A stretch of DNA of 64,000 bases, taken from assembly GCA_964016885.1 (NCBI GenBank), contig CAXHJY010000138.1:1-64000 (forward strand), written 5' to 3'. Numbering within the stretch: position 1 is the first letter of the stretch; every line of letters begins with the position of its first letter. Under the pieces are notes generated by a model, which saw only the letters and a list, made by a program, of their open reading frames with translations, was not told the DNA's origin and made no database searches. Of the stretch, positions 29,551-40,874 are shown in pieces. The position numbers and the translations under genes are program-made. This DNA comes from Eledone cirrhosa (Eukaryota).

Positions 29551-32500
29551 ATATTTCTTTTATTTGCCACTAGGGCATCAAAAGTGGGACAAGTACAAAG
29601 GGGGGAGTTTACACAAAAAGGCGTCCTCAATAAGGAGGAGGCAATAACAAAATATAAAAATAAAATAAGATATAACAAAAAATAAAATTTTTAACAAAAT
29701 CCTCAATAGAGAGGAGGCGCCTTGGGGGGTCGCACACACCCCCGAAAAAAGTGTGCAACCCTTCTCCTCAGGAGCACAGAGAAGGGGTGCTCCCTTGGTC
29801 TTTCATCTTCCTCACCTATAGTCTGATGTAGAGTGAAGGCCCATTCACACGGGCCATTCTCGCCACTTTCACCCATCTTTCATAGAAACGGCTGGGGTGC
29901 AGCACCTCTCTCTCCATCCTGATCCTTCTTCCGAAATGATATCGGAAGAAACGGACCAGTTGTTGGCCAGAGAGAAAGGTGCCCGACCTCAGTCCTTTCA
30001 GACGCGTCCACCATACAACCTCTTTCGCCATGGCTATTACGCACAGAAACACCGCCTCTGCTTCATCTTTGAAGGGGGGAGGCGGCTTGATCATTACAAT
30101 AGACTCGGTGGTCAACCGGATCGGTCCCACCCTTGACAGCAGTTGTTCGACATAGCCCCACAGATCGGCTACGCCCGAGCAGTGTACTAATGCGTGTGCA
30201 ACGGTTTCCTCGTCGCACACGCATCTGGGACAGATCTTTTTGGCGGGGTCCCTACCCGGGCGCCCGTGTCTGTAGAGCCTTTCTCGAACGGGTAAAGCCC
30301 CTCGGTAGCACTGCCAGGCCAGGGACTTCTGGAAGTTGTCCATAGGTCCCGGGCTGAATGTCCTACCGAAAAGGCTGGCCAGTTCGTCCTCCTCCATGTC
30401 TAGGGCTTCTCCGAGGGCGTCGTCGCACCTGCTGCGTACCAGCCCTCTATAGAATGTTGCGGTGGAGTCTCCACTGATAACCGGATCCGCCTGCCAGAGG
30501 GCGGTGAGCGCCTGGGCACACTCAGTGTGCCAGGCGCCCAGTTTTCTCGGTCTTTGCTTGACCCAGGATTGCAGCTCGGTGAGTGAGACGAGTCTGGGAA
30601 AGGTTCGTCTCACAAACGAGGCCCACACCGGTTGTCCGGTGAGGAATACGTAGAGGTGCCGTAGCCTTAATGCGTGTTTACGCATCATTAGCCACGGCAT
30701 CCCCAGCCCTCCTTTCGAAGGGTGTTGACAGCAGATGGATCTCCTCACCATAGGAGCCCGCCTCTTCCAAAGGAATTGGAAGAGCGCGCGCTCCATCTTG
30801 GTGAGGGTTTCCCTTGGGCAGGGCACTACGGTCAGGCGGTAGTAGATGACGGACGCTATGTAGGTGTTCGCCACCTCCGCCCGACCTTTCAGGGATAGTT
30901 TGCAACTGGCCCACTTCTGGGTCAGTGCAAACACTCTGTTCGTAACCTCCGCCCAGTTTTTCTCCACCTGGAGGTCCGGTCCGAACCAGACCCCGAGCAA
31001 CTTCACCGGGCCCTCCGTCCAGCGTCCGACGACGCTATCGGAGGGCATCGGTCTGCCCCTCCACGTGCCGAGTTGCAAACCGATCGACTTGTCCCGGTTC
31101 AGCTTAGCCCCTGTGAACTTTTCGTACTCCTCCAGTAAGGTGCCGACCGCCTCGATTTCGGAGGCCGTCGACACCATTACTGTCACGTCATCGGCGTAGG
31201 CCGACACCGCTTTCCGCAATCCCGGTTCCAAAGGGATGCCCTGCAACAACTCCAACTTCCGCAGTAGTGGCTCGAGAGTCAATACATACAGAAGGGAGGA
31301 GAGAGGGCACCCTTGTCGGATGGACCGCGCGATTTTGAACGGCTCCGAGAGGTAGCCGTTCACCTTGACCCTAGAGCAGATGCGGCTGCTGTGCATAGCA
31401 GTGATCCAGCCCCTGAAAACGGGTCCGAAGCCTGCCGCCGCTAGCACCGCATCCAGGTAACCATGGTCGACCCTATCGAACGCCTTAGATTGATCCAAGT
31501 TGATCAGAGCCCCACCAAAGCCGGGTTCGTTCCCAACCCTCTCTATGATGTATCGCATGAGGTGGAGGTTGTCATGGATGGACCTGGACGGGATAGCGCA
31601 TGTCTGCGCATCTCCCACCAGGTTGCCCACGACAAGCGCCAACCTCTTTGCTAGCACCTTGGCCAAAATCTGTAACTCTGTATTTAGCAGTGTTATGGGC
31701 CTGAAGTTACTTATTTCGTCCCCCTTGTTCTCGTCCTTCCTCACTAGCGTGACTACGCCCTTGGTCACAGTACAGGGAATTCTCCCGTTCTGTTGCCAGT
31801 TGCAGTAGACCGCCTCGAGGAGATCGGGGAACAAGTCCGGCATAGCTAGATATAATTCGTAAGGAAGACCATCGAGACCCGGGGATTTGCGTTTGCCGCA
31901 TTGGCTCAGCACGTCCTCTATCTCAGCGGCCGAAATCGGCTCCTCGCAGGACTTCGCCTCCCTGTCCGAGAGGCGCGGCAGGCCGTCGAGGTATGGACCG
32001 AAGTCCACGTTCCCAACCGGCTCCCCGCCCCTCCCGAACAGTCGGGCAAAGTGCCTTTGAAAGGCCTCACACATCTGCTTAGGCTCAAGAATCGCCCGTC
32101 CATCCAGGTCTCGCAAAGACCGGATGGTGGATTTAGTTCCACTGTTGGCCTCTGTCACGCGGGCCCAGCTAACAGCTTTGGTCCCCTCGTTCCCTAGAGC
32201 ACGTATTTTACTTCGGACAACGCAGCCTTCGTGCTTCGCGTCGAAAAACTGGCTCAAAGCCGTTCTCGACGCTAGCACTCTGGCCACGTCGCCGCTTCTA
32301 ATTGCCTCTTCTACTCTATCTATTAGCTCCCTTTCCTTCCTATTCCTATCCGCAGCTAGAACCTTACTAAATTCTATCGAGACTACTCTAATCTCTCTCT
32401 TTAGAGATACCCACCACCTGCTGTTGACGATCGCTCCAGTCAACCGTTCCTTAACTAACGTACTAATCCGATTCCTGTAGGCTCTACTTGCCGGCAAGGA

Positions 32501-33500
32501 CAAGTTGAGCTTCCAGTAACCGGGGCCCTGTCTATGAGTTCTGTCAAGGTTGACCATGCAGGTCACTAATTTGTGGTCTGAATAGCCAACAATGCGCATT
32601 TTTGGACAACTTAAAAAGTCCTTATCCTTAATTCTAACTAAGAACCTATCTAGGTACGACCTAGATGATCCGCTACGATTTGCCCAAGTCCAGGTTGGCG
32701 CAGTCGGAAAATCTAGTCGATATCTATCGGCCAGGTCAAATCGACCGATTAACCCTTTGAGGCTATTACACCCCTCTCTATCGGGGCAGGCCCCTACGTA
32801 GTCCCAGCGTGCATCTAGGATACCATTCCAGTCCCCCACTAATAGCAAGGAGCGGGACGTCCCTAGAAAAGTCTCCAGACGATGGAAGAAGTCCGGCCGC
32901 ATTGACCCGAAAGGGCCGTAGGCGGCTACCAACCTAAACGCTCCGCCTTTACCACTGCCAAGGTCCAGAACCACTAGTCGACCCTCCGGGTCCAAATGTA
33001 CCATCTGTGTTGCGAGACCCAGATGTTTTTGCAGCAGAACGACAACTCCACCCCCACCTCCAGGCTGACAGAGAGATGCGTGCATCTCAAAGTCATCAAA
33101 GGTGGGGGCCAGCTGTCGCACGTTGCTGATCCGGGCCTCGCAAATAACCATCACATCTATACGTTGTGACCTGAGGTCATTTAGAAGCATTGCTTGCTTC
33201 CAAGTTGAGCCCAGGCCACGCGCATTTAAACAGCCTACTCTTAGCATAGCCATGTTGGTGGTGAAGAGAAAAGGCACTTACCTCTCTGCGTCCCGGGTAT
33301 CGGGCTGCACAATTTCCATTAGGGTGGGGGATGGGTTGTTGGGTGGGGTGGTGGTTTGTGGAAGTGTGGGGGCATCAGTGGGTTGTGTGGTTGGGGAGCT
33401 TGGAGTTGTGAGGGTGTTTGGGGAGGGGGTGGGATAGTTTTTTAGGAGGACTCGGTTAATGGGCCCGACGCAGGGGGGACCCACGTCCTCTTTAAAATTG
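29551..33500 (-). mobile_element. Tx1/L1-clade LINE copy B, truncated within ORF1
   Basis: Intact ORF2 plus ORF1 tail (33278-33500); bounded by (GATA)n. Confidence 0.92.
29816..33253 (-). CDS. LINE ORF2: AP endonuclease, reverse transcriptase and C-terminal zinc finger
   Basis: NARGL, GDWN, SYLDRFL, SDH; KSPGLDG, FRPITLLN, DQSKAFD, QGCPLS, YADD; CPRC-x8-H-x4-C; likely ATG start (MAMLRVG). Confidence 0.95.
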   Translation of the reverse strand: MAMLRVGCLNARGLGSTWKQAMLLNDLRSQRIDVMVICEARISNVRQLAPTFDDFEMHASLCQPGGGGGVVVLLQKHLGLATQMVHLDPEGRLVVLDLGSGKGGAFRLVAAYGPFGSMRPDFFHRLETFLGTSRSLLLVGDWNGILDARWDYVGACPDREGCNSLKGLIGRFDLADRYRLDFPTAPTWTWANRSGSSRSYLDRFLVRIKDKDFLSCPKMRIVGYSDHKLVTCMVNLDRTHRQGPGYWKLNLSLPASRAYRNRISTLVKERLTGAIVNSRWWVSLKREIRVVSIEFSKVLAADRNRKERELIDRVEEAIRSGDVARVLASRTALSQFFDAKHEGCVVRSKIRALGNEGTKAVSWARVTEANSGTKSTIRSLRDLDGRAILEPKQMCEAFQRHFARLFGRGGEPVGNVDFGPYLDGLPRLSDREAKSCEEPISAAEIEDVLSQCGKRKSPGLDGLPYELYLAMPDLFPDLLEAVYCNWQQNGRIPCTVTKGVVTLVRKDENKGDEISNFRPITLLNTELQILAKVLAKRLALVVGNLVGDAQTCAIPSRSIHDNLHLMRYIIERVGNEPGFGGALINLDQSKAFDRVDHGYLDAVLAAAGFGPVFRGWITAMHSSRICSRVKVNGYLSEPFKIARSIRQGCPLSSLLYVLTLEPLLRKLELLQGIPLEPGLRKAVSAYADDVTVMVSTASEIEAVGTLLEEYEKFTGAKLNRDKSIGLQLGTWRGRPMPSDSVVGRWTEGPVKLLGVWFGPDLQVEKNWAEVTNRVFALTQKWASCKLSLKGRAEVANTYIASVIYYRLTVVPCPRETLTKMERALFQFLWKRRAPMVRRSICCQHPSKGGLGMPWLMMRKHALRLRHLYVFLTGQPVWASFVRRTFPRLVSLTELQSWVKQRPRKLGAWHTECAQALTALWQADPVISGDSTATFYRGLVRSRCDDALGEALDMEEDELASLFGRTFSPGPMDNFQKSLAWQCYRGALPVRERLYRHGRPGRDPAKKICPRCVCDEETVAHALVHCSGVADLWGYVEQLLSRVGPIRLTTESIVMIKPPPPFKDEAEAVFLCVIAMAKEVVWWTRLKGLRSGTFLSGQQLVRFFRYHFGRRIRMEREVLHPSRFYERWVKVARMARVNGPSLYIRL

Positions 33501-33501
33501 T

Positions 33502-33573
<72 letters not shown>

Positions 33574-33804
33574 ATTTCTATTTATTTGCCACGAGGGCAC
33601 AAAAGAAGGGGACATTTACACAGTGGGGGAGTTTACATAAATCGAGTAAAGAAAAAAGGAATAACAATAATAATATAACAATAAAAAGTCCTCAAAAGGG
33701 AGGGGGCGTGTTGGGGATTGCACATACCCCCGAAAAGTGTGCAACTCTTTTCGCGGGGGAAGCCCAGAGAGGAGGCGCTCCCCCTTTCCTCTTCACTTCT
33801 TCAC

Positions 33805-36800
33805 CTACAGAACAATGTAGAGAGAAGGCCCATTTACACGGGCCATTCTCGCTTCTTTCACCCACCTTTCATAAAACTGTCTGGGACCAAGCACTTCTCT
33901 CTCCATCCTGATTCTTCTTCCGAAGTGGTATCGGAAGAAGTAAACCAGGTGATGGCCGGAGAGAAAGTCACCCGACCTCAGACCTTTCAGGCGCGTCCAC
34001 CACACAACCTCTTTCATCATGGCTATTACGCACAGAAAGACCGCCTCTGCTTCATTTCTGAAGGGAGGAGGCGGCTTGATGTTCACCACAGACTCGGCGG
34101 TTAATCGAATCGGCGCCACACGCGACAGCAGTCGTTCGACGTAGCCCCACAGATCGGCAACGCCCGGGCAGTGTACCAGTGCATGCGCAACGGTTTCCTC
34201 GTCGCGCACGCATCTGGGACAGATCTTTTTCGCGGGATCCCTGCCCGGGCGCCCGTGTCTGTAGAGCTTTTCTCGAACGGGCAGAGCCCCCCGGTAACAC
34301 TGCCAGGCTAGGGACCTCTGGAAGTTGTCCATGGGTCCCGGGCCGAAAGTTCTACCGAACAGGCTGGCCAGTTCGTCCTCCTCCATGCCTAGCGACTCTC
34401 CAAGGGTGTCGTCGCCCCTGCTAGCCACCAACCCTCTATAGAATGTCGAGGTGGATTCTCCACTGACAGTCGGGTCCGCTTGCCAGATAGCCGTGAGCGC
34501 CTGGGCACACTCAGTGTGCCAGTTGCCCAGTTTTCTCGGTCTTTGCTTCACCCAGGATTGCAGTTCGGTGAGCGAGACGAGCTGTGGGAAGGCTCGCCTC
34601 ACAAACGGGGCCCACACCGGCTGACCGTTGAGGAATACCTGTAGATGCCGTAGCCTCAATGCGTGCCTACGCATCAACAGCCACGGCATACCCAGCCCTC
34701 CTTTCGAAGGGTGCTGGCAGCAGATGGATCTCCTCACCATGGGAGGCCGCTTCTTCCAGAGGAACTGGAAGAGCATGCGTTCCATGATGGTGAGCTTTTC
34801 CTTGGGGCAAGGCACGACGGTCAGGCGGTAGTAGATGACGGACGCTATGTAAGCGTTCGTCACCTCCGCCCGACCTTTCAGTGATAGTTTGCACTTGGCC
34901 CACTTCTGGGTCAGCGCAAACACCCTGCTCGTCACCTCGCCCCAATTCTTCTCCACCTGGAGGTCCGGTCCGAACCAGACCCCGAGCAGCTTCACCGGGC
35001 CCTCCGTCCACCGCCCGACGACACCGTCCAACGGCATCGGTTTGCCCCTCCACGTTCCGAGTTGCAAACCGACCGACTTGTCCTGGTTCAGCTTAGCCCC
35101 CGTCAGCCTTTCGTATTCCTCCAGTAGGGTGGCGATCGCCCCGATTTCCGAGGCGTCCGCCACCATTACTGTTACGTCGTCGGCATAGGCCGAGACCGCT
35201 TTGTGCAATCCCGGTTCCAGGGGTATGCCCCGCAGCAACTCCAACTTCCGCAGCAGTGGCTCGAGAGTCAATACGTACAGAAGGGAGGAGAGGGGGCACC
35301 CCTGTCTGATGGATCGGGTGATTTGAAACGGCTCCGAGAGGTAGCCGTTTACTTTAATCCTAGAGTAGATGTTGCCACTGTGCATGGCAGAAATCCAGCC
35401 CCTGAAAACGGGTCCGAAGCCCGCCGCCGCTAGCACCGCATCCAGGTAACCATGGTCGACCCTATCGAACGCCTTAGATTGATCCAAGTTGATCAGGGCC
35501 CCACCAAAGCCGGGTTCGTAGCCAACCCTCTCTATGATGTATCGCATGAGGTGGAGGTTGTCGTGAATGGACCTGGACGGGATAGCGCATGTCTGCGCGT
35601 CTCCCACCAAACCACCCACCACAAGCGCCAACCTCTTCGTCAACACCTTGGCCAAAATCTGTAACTCTGCATTCAGCAGAGTTATGGGCCTAAAGTTACT
35701 TAAGTCGTCCCCCTTGCTCTCGTCCTTCCTCACTAGCGTGACCACGCCCTTGGTCACAGAACAGGGAATTCTCCCGTTCTGTTGCCAGTTGCAATAGACA
35801 GCCTCGAGGAGTTCGGAGAACAAGACCGGCATAGCTAAATAAAGTTCGTATGGTAGACCATCGAGACCCGGGGATTTGCGTCTGCTGCATTGGCTGAGCG
35901 CTTCCCCGATTTCAGTGGCTGTGATTGGCCCTTCGCAGCACTCCGCTTCGCCGCTCGAAAGACGCGGTAGACCGTCGAGGTATGGACCGAAGTCCACATC
36001 CCCGTCCGGCCCCCCGCCACCTCCGAACAGTCGAGCAAAGTGCCTTTGAAAGGTCTCGCACATTCGCTCAGGTTCAAGGATCACCCGTCCATCCTGGTCT
36101 CGCAAAGACCGAATGGTGGATTTAATCCCACTCTTGGCTTCTGTCACGCGGGCCCAGCTAACAGCTTTGGTCCCCTCGTTTCCTAAAGCACGTATTTTAC
36201 TTCGGACAACGCAGCCTTCGTGCTTCGCGTCAAAGAACTGGCTCAATGCCGTTCTCGTCGCTAACACTCTGGCTACGTCTCCGCTCCTAATCGCCTCTTC
36301 TAGTTTATCTGTTAACTCCCTTTCCCTCCTATTTCTATTCGCCGCTAGTTCCTTACTGTAACCTATCGAACTTACTCTAATCTCTCTCTTTAGAGATACC
36401 CACCACCTGCTGTTGACGATCGCTCCCGTCAACCGCATCTTAACTAAGCTACTAATCCGGTTTCTGTAATCTTTCTTTGTCGGTAAGGACAAGTTCATCT
36501 TCCAGTAACCGGGACCCTGTCTATGCGTTCTATCAAGGTTGACCACGCAGGTCACTAATTTGTGATCTGAATAGCCAACCATGATCAGTTCTGGACAACT
36601 AAATACGTCCCTATCCTTACTCCTAACCAAAAACCTATCTAGGTACGATCTAGATTGTCCACTGCGGTTTGCCCAGGTCCAGGTTGGCGCAGTTGGACAA
36701 TCTAGTCGAAATCTATCGACCAGGTCGAATCGATCGAGTAACCCCTTGAGGCTGCTACACCCCCCTCTATCGGGACATGCCCCTGCATAGTCCCAACGCG

Positions 36801-37233
36801 CATCTAGGATTCCATTCCAGTCCCCCACTAAAAGCAGGGAACGCGACGTTCCTAGAAAAGTCTCCAGACGTTGGAAGAAGTCGGCTCTCTCCGCCCCGAA
36901 GGGAGCATAAAGACCGACCAGTCTGAAAGCCCCGCCTTCACCACCTCCGACGTCCAGCACCAGTAATCGACCCCCCGGGTCCGAGTGAACAATCTGTACG
37001 TCGAGAGTCAGACGTTTATCCAGCAGTACGGCAACTCCCCCCCCGCCTCCGGGTTGACAGAGAGATGCGTGCATCTCAAAGTCATCGAAGGCGGGCGCCA
37101 GCTGTCTCACGCTGCTGATCCGACTCTCGCAAACAACCATCACATCTATACTTTGTGACCTGAGGTCACTTAGAAGCTTTGCTTGCTTCCAAGCTGAGCT
37201 CAGGCCACGCGCGTTCAAACAGCCAACTCTCAA
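33805..37233 (-). CDS. LINE ORF2 (APE-RT-ZnF), uninterrupted, no N-terminal ATG
   Basis: Same motifs as copy B; ATA GAT CAA TTG where B has ATG GCT ATG CTA. Confidence 0.93.
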   Translation of the reverse strand: MRVGCLNARGLSSAWKQAKLLSDLRSQSIDVMVVCESRISSVRQLAPAFDDFEMHASLCQPGGGGGVAVLLDKRLTLDVQIVHSDPGGRLLVLDVGGGEGGAFRLVGLYAPFGAERADFFQRLETFLGTSRSLLLVGDWNGILDARWDYAGACPDRGGCSSLKGLLDRFDLVDRFRLDCPTAPTWTWANRSGQSRSYLDRFLVRSKDRDVFSCPELIMVGYSDHKLVTCVVNLDRTHRQGPGYWKMNLSLPTKKDYRNRISSLVKMRLTGAIVNSRWWVSLKREIRVSSIGYSKELAANRNRRERELTDKLEEAIRSGDVARVLATRTALSQFFDAKHEGCVVRSKIRALGNEGTKAVSWARVTEAKSGIKSTIRSLRDQDGRVILEPERMCETFQRHFARLFGGGGGPDGDVDFGPYLDGLPRLSSGEAECCEGPITATEIGEALSQCSRRKSPGLDGLPYELYLAMPVLFSELLEAVYCNWQQNGRIPCSVTKGVVTLVRKDESKGDDLSNFRPITLLNAELQILAKVLTKRLALVVGGLVGDAQTCAIPSRSIHDNLHLMRYIIERVGYEPGFGGALINLDQSKAFDRVDHGYLDAVLAAAGFGPVFRGWISAMHSGNIYSRIKVNGYLSEPFQITRSIRQGCPLSSLLYVLTLEPLLRKLELLRGIPLEPGLHKAVSAYADDVTVMVADASEIGAIATLLEEYERLTGAKLNQDKSVGLQLGTWRGKPMPLDGVVGRWTEGPVKLLGVWFGPDLQVEKNWGEVTSRVFALTQKWAKCKLSLKGRAEVTNAYIASVIYYRLTVVPCPKEKLTIMERMLFQFLWKKRPPMVRRSICCQHPSKGGLGMPWLLMRRHALRLRHLQVFLNGQPVWAPFVRRAFPQLVSLTELQSWVKQRPRKLGNWHTECAQALTAIWQADPTVSGESTSTFYRGLVASRGDDTLGESLGMEEDELASLFGRTFGPGPMDNFQRSLAWQCYRGALPVREKLYRHGRPGRDPAKKICPRCVRDEETVAHALVHCPGVADLWGYVERLLSRVAPIRLTAESVVNIKPPPPFRNEAEAVFLCVIAMMKEVVWWTRLKGLRSGDFLSGHHLVYFFRYHFGRRIRMEREVLGPRQFYERWVKEARMARVNGPSLYIVL

Positions 37234-37238
37234 TTGAT

Positions 37239-39073
37239 CTATTTTGGTGTTGAAAGTGAAGAAAGAAAAGCACTTACCTCTCCGGGTTGCGTAATTTCCA
37301 TGGCATCAGGTGTGTTGGGTGGAGGGATGTTTTGTGGTGGTGTGGGGGTACACGTGTGTGGTGGGGTTGGGGTATTTGGAGTTGTGTCAGGGAGAGGGGC
37401 GGTTATGGGGAAATCTTTCAAGAGGACGCGATTCAACGGTTTTAAACAGGGGGGGCTCACGTCCCGTCTAAATTGTTCTTTTAAGGAACGATAAAGGTCC
37501 AGAGGGACCTTTATCATTTTTAAATGGGTGAAGTTCTCTGTTGAGATAAAGTTTGGCCCTTCGGTCTGCACCATAGGGTTATTGTTTATTAATTTAACCA
37601 GTTTTTTGTTTTCTTTATTTATATATGTGTATTGCAACGTCTTTTTTTGTGATGCTGTCAATGTTTCGGAGAGGGGAGGCGCAGATTTATTTTTGTTTGT
37701 TGAGGGTGGGGTGTTTTTGATTGGAGTTGGTGTTTGTGTGTGGGTTATTTGTGGTGTGCTGGGTGTGTGTTTTCTTTTTTTTCTTTTAACTTGTCTGAAG
37801 GCTTCTCCTCCTTCTTCTTCAGAAGTTGGGGGAAACTCTTCAGCGCTAGGTGGGAGGGACGTGTTGTGTGGTTGTTTTTTTTTTGCGGGAGGGGTAGATT
37901 TGTTACTGTTTTTTTTATTATTTGTTTGGAATGGGTTTTGTGGTGGTGGTGGTGGTAATGTTTGTGTCGTGCTTGTGGTTGGTAATGGTGGTGGTGATGT
38001 TTGTGTTGTGGTTGGTGGTGGTGATTTTTGTGTCGTGCTTGTGTTTGGTGCTGGTGGTGGTGATGTTTGTGTTGTGTTTGTGGTTGGTGGTGTCTGTATT
38101 TTGTTTGCTGTGTGTGGTATTAGTGTATTTTTGGAGGTGGGTGGTGCTGGTGTACTGTTTGTGGTGGGTGTGGGCAATAGTCCTTTTTGGGGGATACGTT
38201 TCGGGCAGTTAGCCTTAACGTGTCCCCTTTCCATGCATAAATAGCATGCTGGTCTTCTCCCCTCTACAATTATGTCTATTGGGGTAAGGTCATCCAGCCA
38301 GATGCGATCCGGGATTTGTGCTATTCTTTCGGGCCTCATTTGGACTAGTATGTCGAGGCCCATTCCCAGGAACGCATCTCCAGTTGCCTTCCCCATTGAC
38401 AGCATAGTGTCTTCGCCCATATCAATGAAGCCAGCAATAGCCCACCAGAAGTCCATTGTGGGCAGCATTGTTTTTACTTTTATTCTCTGAGTTCTTCTAC
38501 CCATGTAGGAGGGATAGAAGCTATATGTTGTCGGCGAGAGTGGGCTTAGGGAAAGCTGAACCGCCGTTTCTTTGTCTCTTGTTAGGACCGAAATGCTGCC
38601 ATAGAGTCGGTCCTTTCGTATGAAGAGAATATTCTTCATATAGTCTTTTAGGACTAACTCTATTTCCATTTGGCTGGGCTGTGCTGGCTTTCTTGACTGG
38701 TTTAGTATAGTTCTGTATATAACTGTGTTTTCTGCTCTGGCTTTCTTGAATTCTGGGGGGGAGTTAATGGAAAACATTCCGTTTTCCCCCAAAACAATAT
38801 GTTTCTTTGCTTCGGCCAGTTTTTCTCTGGCGGCAGTTAGGTCAATTGGTGTGTATGTAATGGATTGCTTTGTTTTCTGGGCGAAAGTTGCCCTGTCGTT
38901 ATTTGTATTATTTTCTGTTTGTTTGTTTTCTGTTTGCTTATTTTCCTTAACATTTGTTTTTTCATTTTGTTTGTTTGTTTCAATGTCTAATTTTGTTGTA
39001 ATTATTTTTTGTTCTTCAGACTTGGGGGGCGTGGCAGAGCTAATGGCAGACATGTCTGCCATCTTTTCCGCCA
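37239..39073 (-). CDS. LINE ORF1 gag-like protein with CCHC zinc knuckle and Pro/Thr-rich tail
   Basis: CYLCMERGHVKANC; lies directly upstream of ORF2; likely start MAEKMADM. Confidence 0.9.
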
Positions 39074-39275
39074 TGCTGCCAAGAAAGAAATTTTTCGGCA
39101 AAAATAGATATTTATTTTACCCCCTAAAAAGGGGGTAAATGCAAAAATGTTTCCCTAAATAACAGGGGTTAGTGTTCCAAATGTGTTGCACTAAAAAATT
39201 TATCCGGTACTTACAATAGCAAGGGTAAATCCCGATGGAATAGCGGAGCCGATGCGAAGCGTGTCTTACTCTATC

Positions 39276-39317
<42 letters not shown>

Positions 39318-40307
39318 TGTAGATATATAGATATGTTTCTTTATGTAGATATCTAGATATATAGATAGATAGATATAGATGTGTGTATATGTGGGCCTAG
39401 ATAATTTATGTTCGAATACGTATGAATGATTGTTGTATGTCGTAAACTGTGCTCAAGTCGACGAGATGTGATCCGTTACTGATTTAAAATAGGCTTCAAG
39501 GGAAACCGTTAGAGAAATCCCTAATTGCCCTGTACTTATAAAAAGAATGGTAGCTTGTTCTGTATTACGTAGTTGTTCCCATGAATACGGGAGAAATAGG
39601 AAAATCGATTCATAATTTGATAATTGACTTGACGTGTTCTTAATAGAAAGACCCCGTTTCCGCCAACGACTTTTGTAAAGCTATTTCGTGTGTTATATAT
39701 ATTGCTAGTGTGGATATTCGGTATCAGTGGAGGAGAAGTTGTATGAAAGGGAGGGAGATGATGATTCACCACTATCACTGAAGCATGACTGAAATTCTTT
39801 GAACAATATTATGCTATTGAAATCTGTAGAATTTACAGTGCTTAATGTTGCGTCACTCGGATATTTATTTATTTATATATTTATTTCGGGTTATTTATTT
39901 GCTTCTTCTTTGCCATGTTTGTTCAGAATCATTGCACATAAATCTTCCAGACTATACACATTATAAAGACATATCTATCTATGTATGTTGAAACAAACAG
40001 TCAGATATACACACTACATATATTCTATACAATTGTAAATTACACATGCACATATATAGACACATGTGGTTATATAATTATTCAAAAAATACACGTTGAT
40101 ATATTTATCTAGTTGTGAGGTTACGTAGGAGTTACACGAAACTTGCTTGAATAAATGATCAGCCGAGCATTATGTGCCTGCATATAACCTAGTTCAATTC
40201 AAATTTCTTTCATTTGTCCTCTGTCCAGGGTATTGCTTGTTTTATGAAAAATAACGTGGTCAGAAATATGTATACGTCACTGAGTATCACTAGTATAATA
40301 TATATAT

Positions 40308-40697
40308 ATGTAGGAGGTGAGTTTTATTGTAGTACAATAAAGCAATGCAGATATCGGATAAGTAGCGCTTTACAGTTGTAGGACTGGAGTATAAATAATA
40401 TATAAGATCAAAAGATGGTTAAAAGAGTTCCATGTATTTTATTATGAGCATTTCAAAAACAAATATCATCATGCGATGACATTTGCGTTTTCATCAGATA
40501 AAATAGGGAGACATGATATGAAGGTTAAAAAATGTTGATTTAAAACTGCACTATTCACAAGTGTTTTTTAACCTTCATATTATGTCTCCTTATTTTATCT
40601 GATGAAAACGCAAATGTCATCGCATGATGATATTTGTTTTTGAAATGCGCATAATAAAATACATGGAACTCTTTTAACCATCTTTTGATCTTATATA
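40308..40697 (+). mobile_element. Hammerhead element with an internal inverted duplication (arms 40398-40532 / 40564-40697); ribozymes at 40591-40661 (+) and 40435-40505 (-)
   Basis: Same family as 28211-28470; an inverted 3' half is inserted between the 5' part and the 3' half. Confidence 0.85.
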
Positions 40698-40874
40698 TAT
40701 TTTATATATATATATATATATTTAAAAGAATAGAGGTGTAACACACGAGTTCTGATATATATATATATCCTCTACCGATACTGCCAATCCACCGCCACTG
40801 TATTATATATACATATATAATTGTTTCTACATTTGGCACAAGGCCAGCAATTACCCAGTGTATTACTGGTACTT

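Larger units (their letters stand above)
33571..39277 (-). mobile_element. Tx1/L1-clade LINE copy C, apparently full length (~5.7 kb), a distinct subfamily from A/B
   Basis: Short 5' UTR, ORF1, ORF2 and 3' UTR ending AATAAA then (ATCT)n; (GATA)n at both ends. Confidence 0.93.

Noticed and set aside
28907-39138. Plus-strand and alternate-frame ORFs over the LINEs
   Set aside because: Shadow ORFs of GC-rich ORF1/ORF2
39536-39795. Possible minus-strand terminal exon (similar candidate at 42270-42440)
   Set aside because: No recognisable protein and splice phases could not be made consistent
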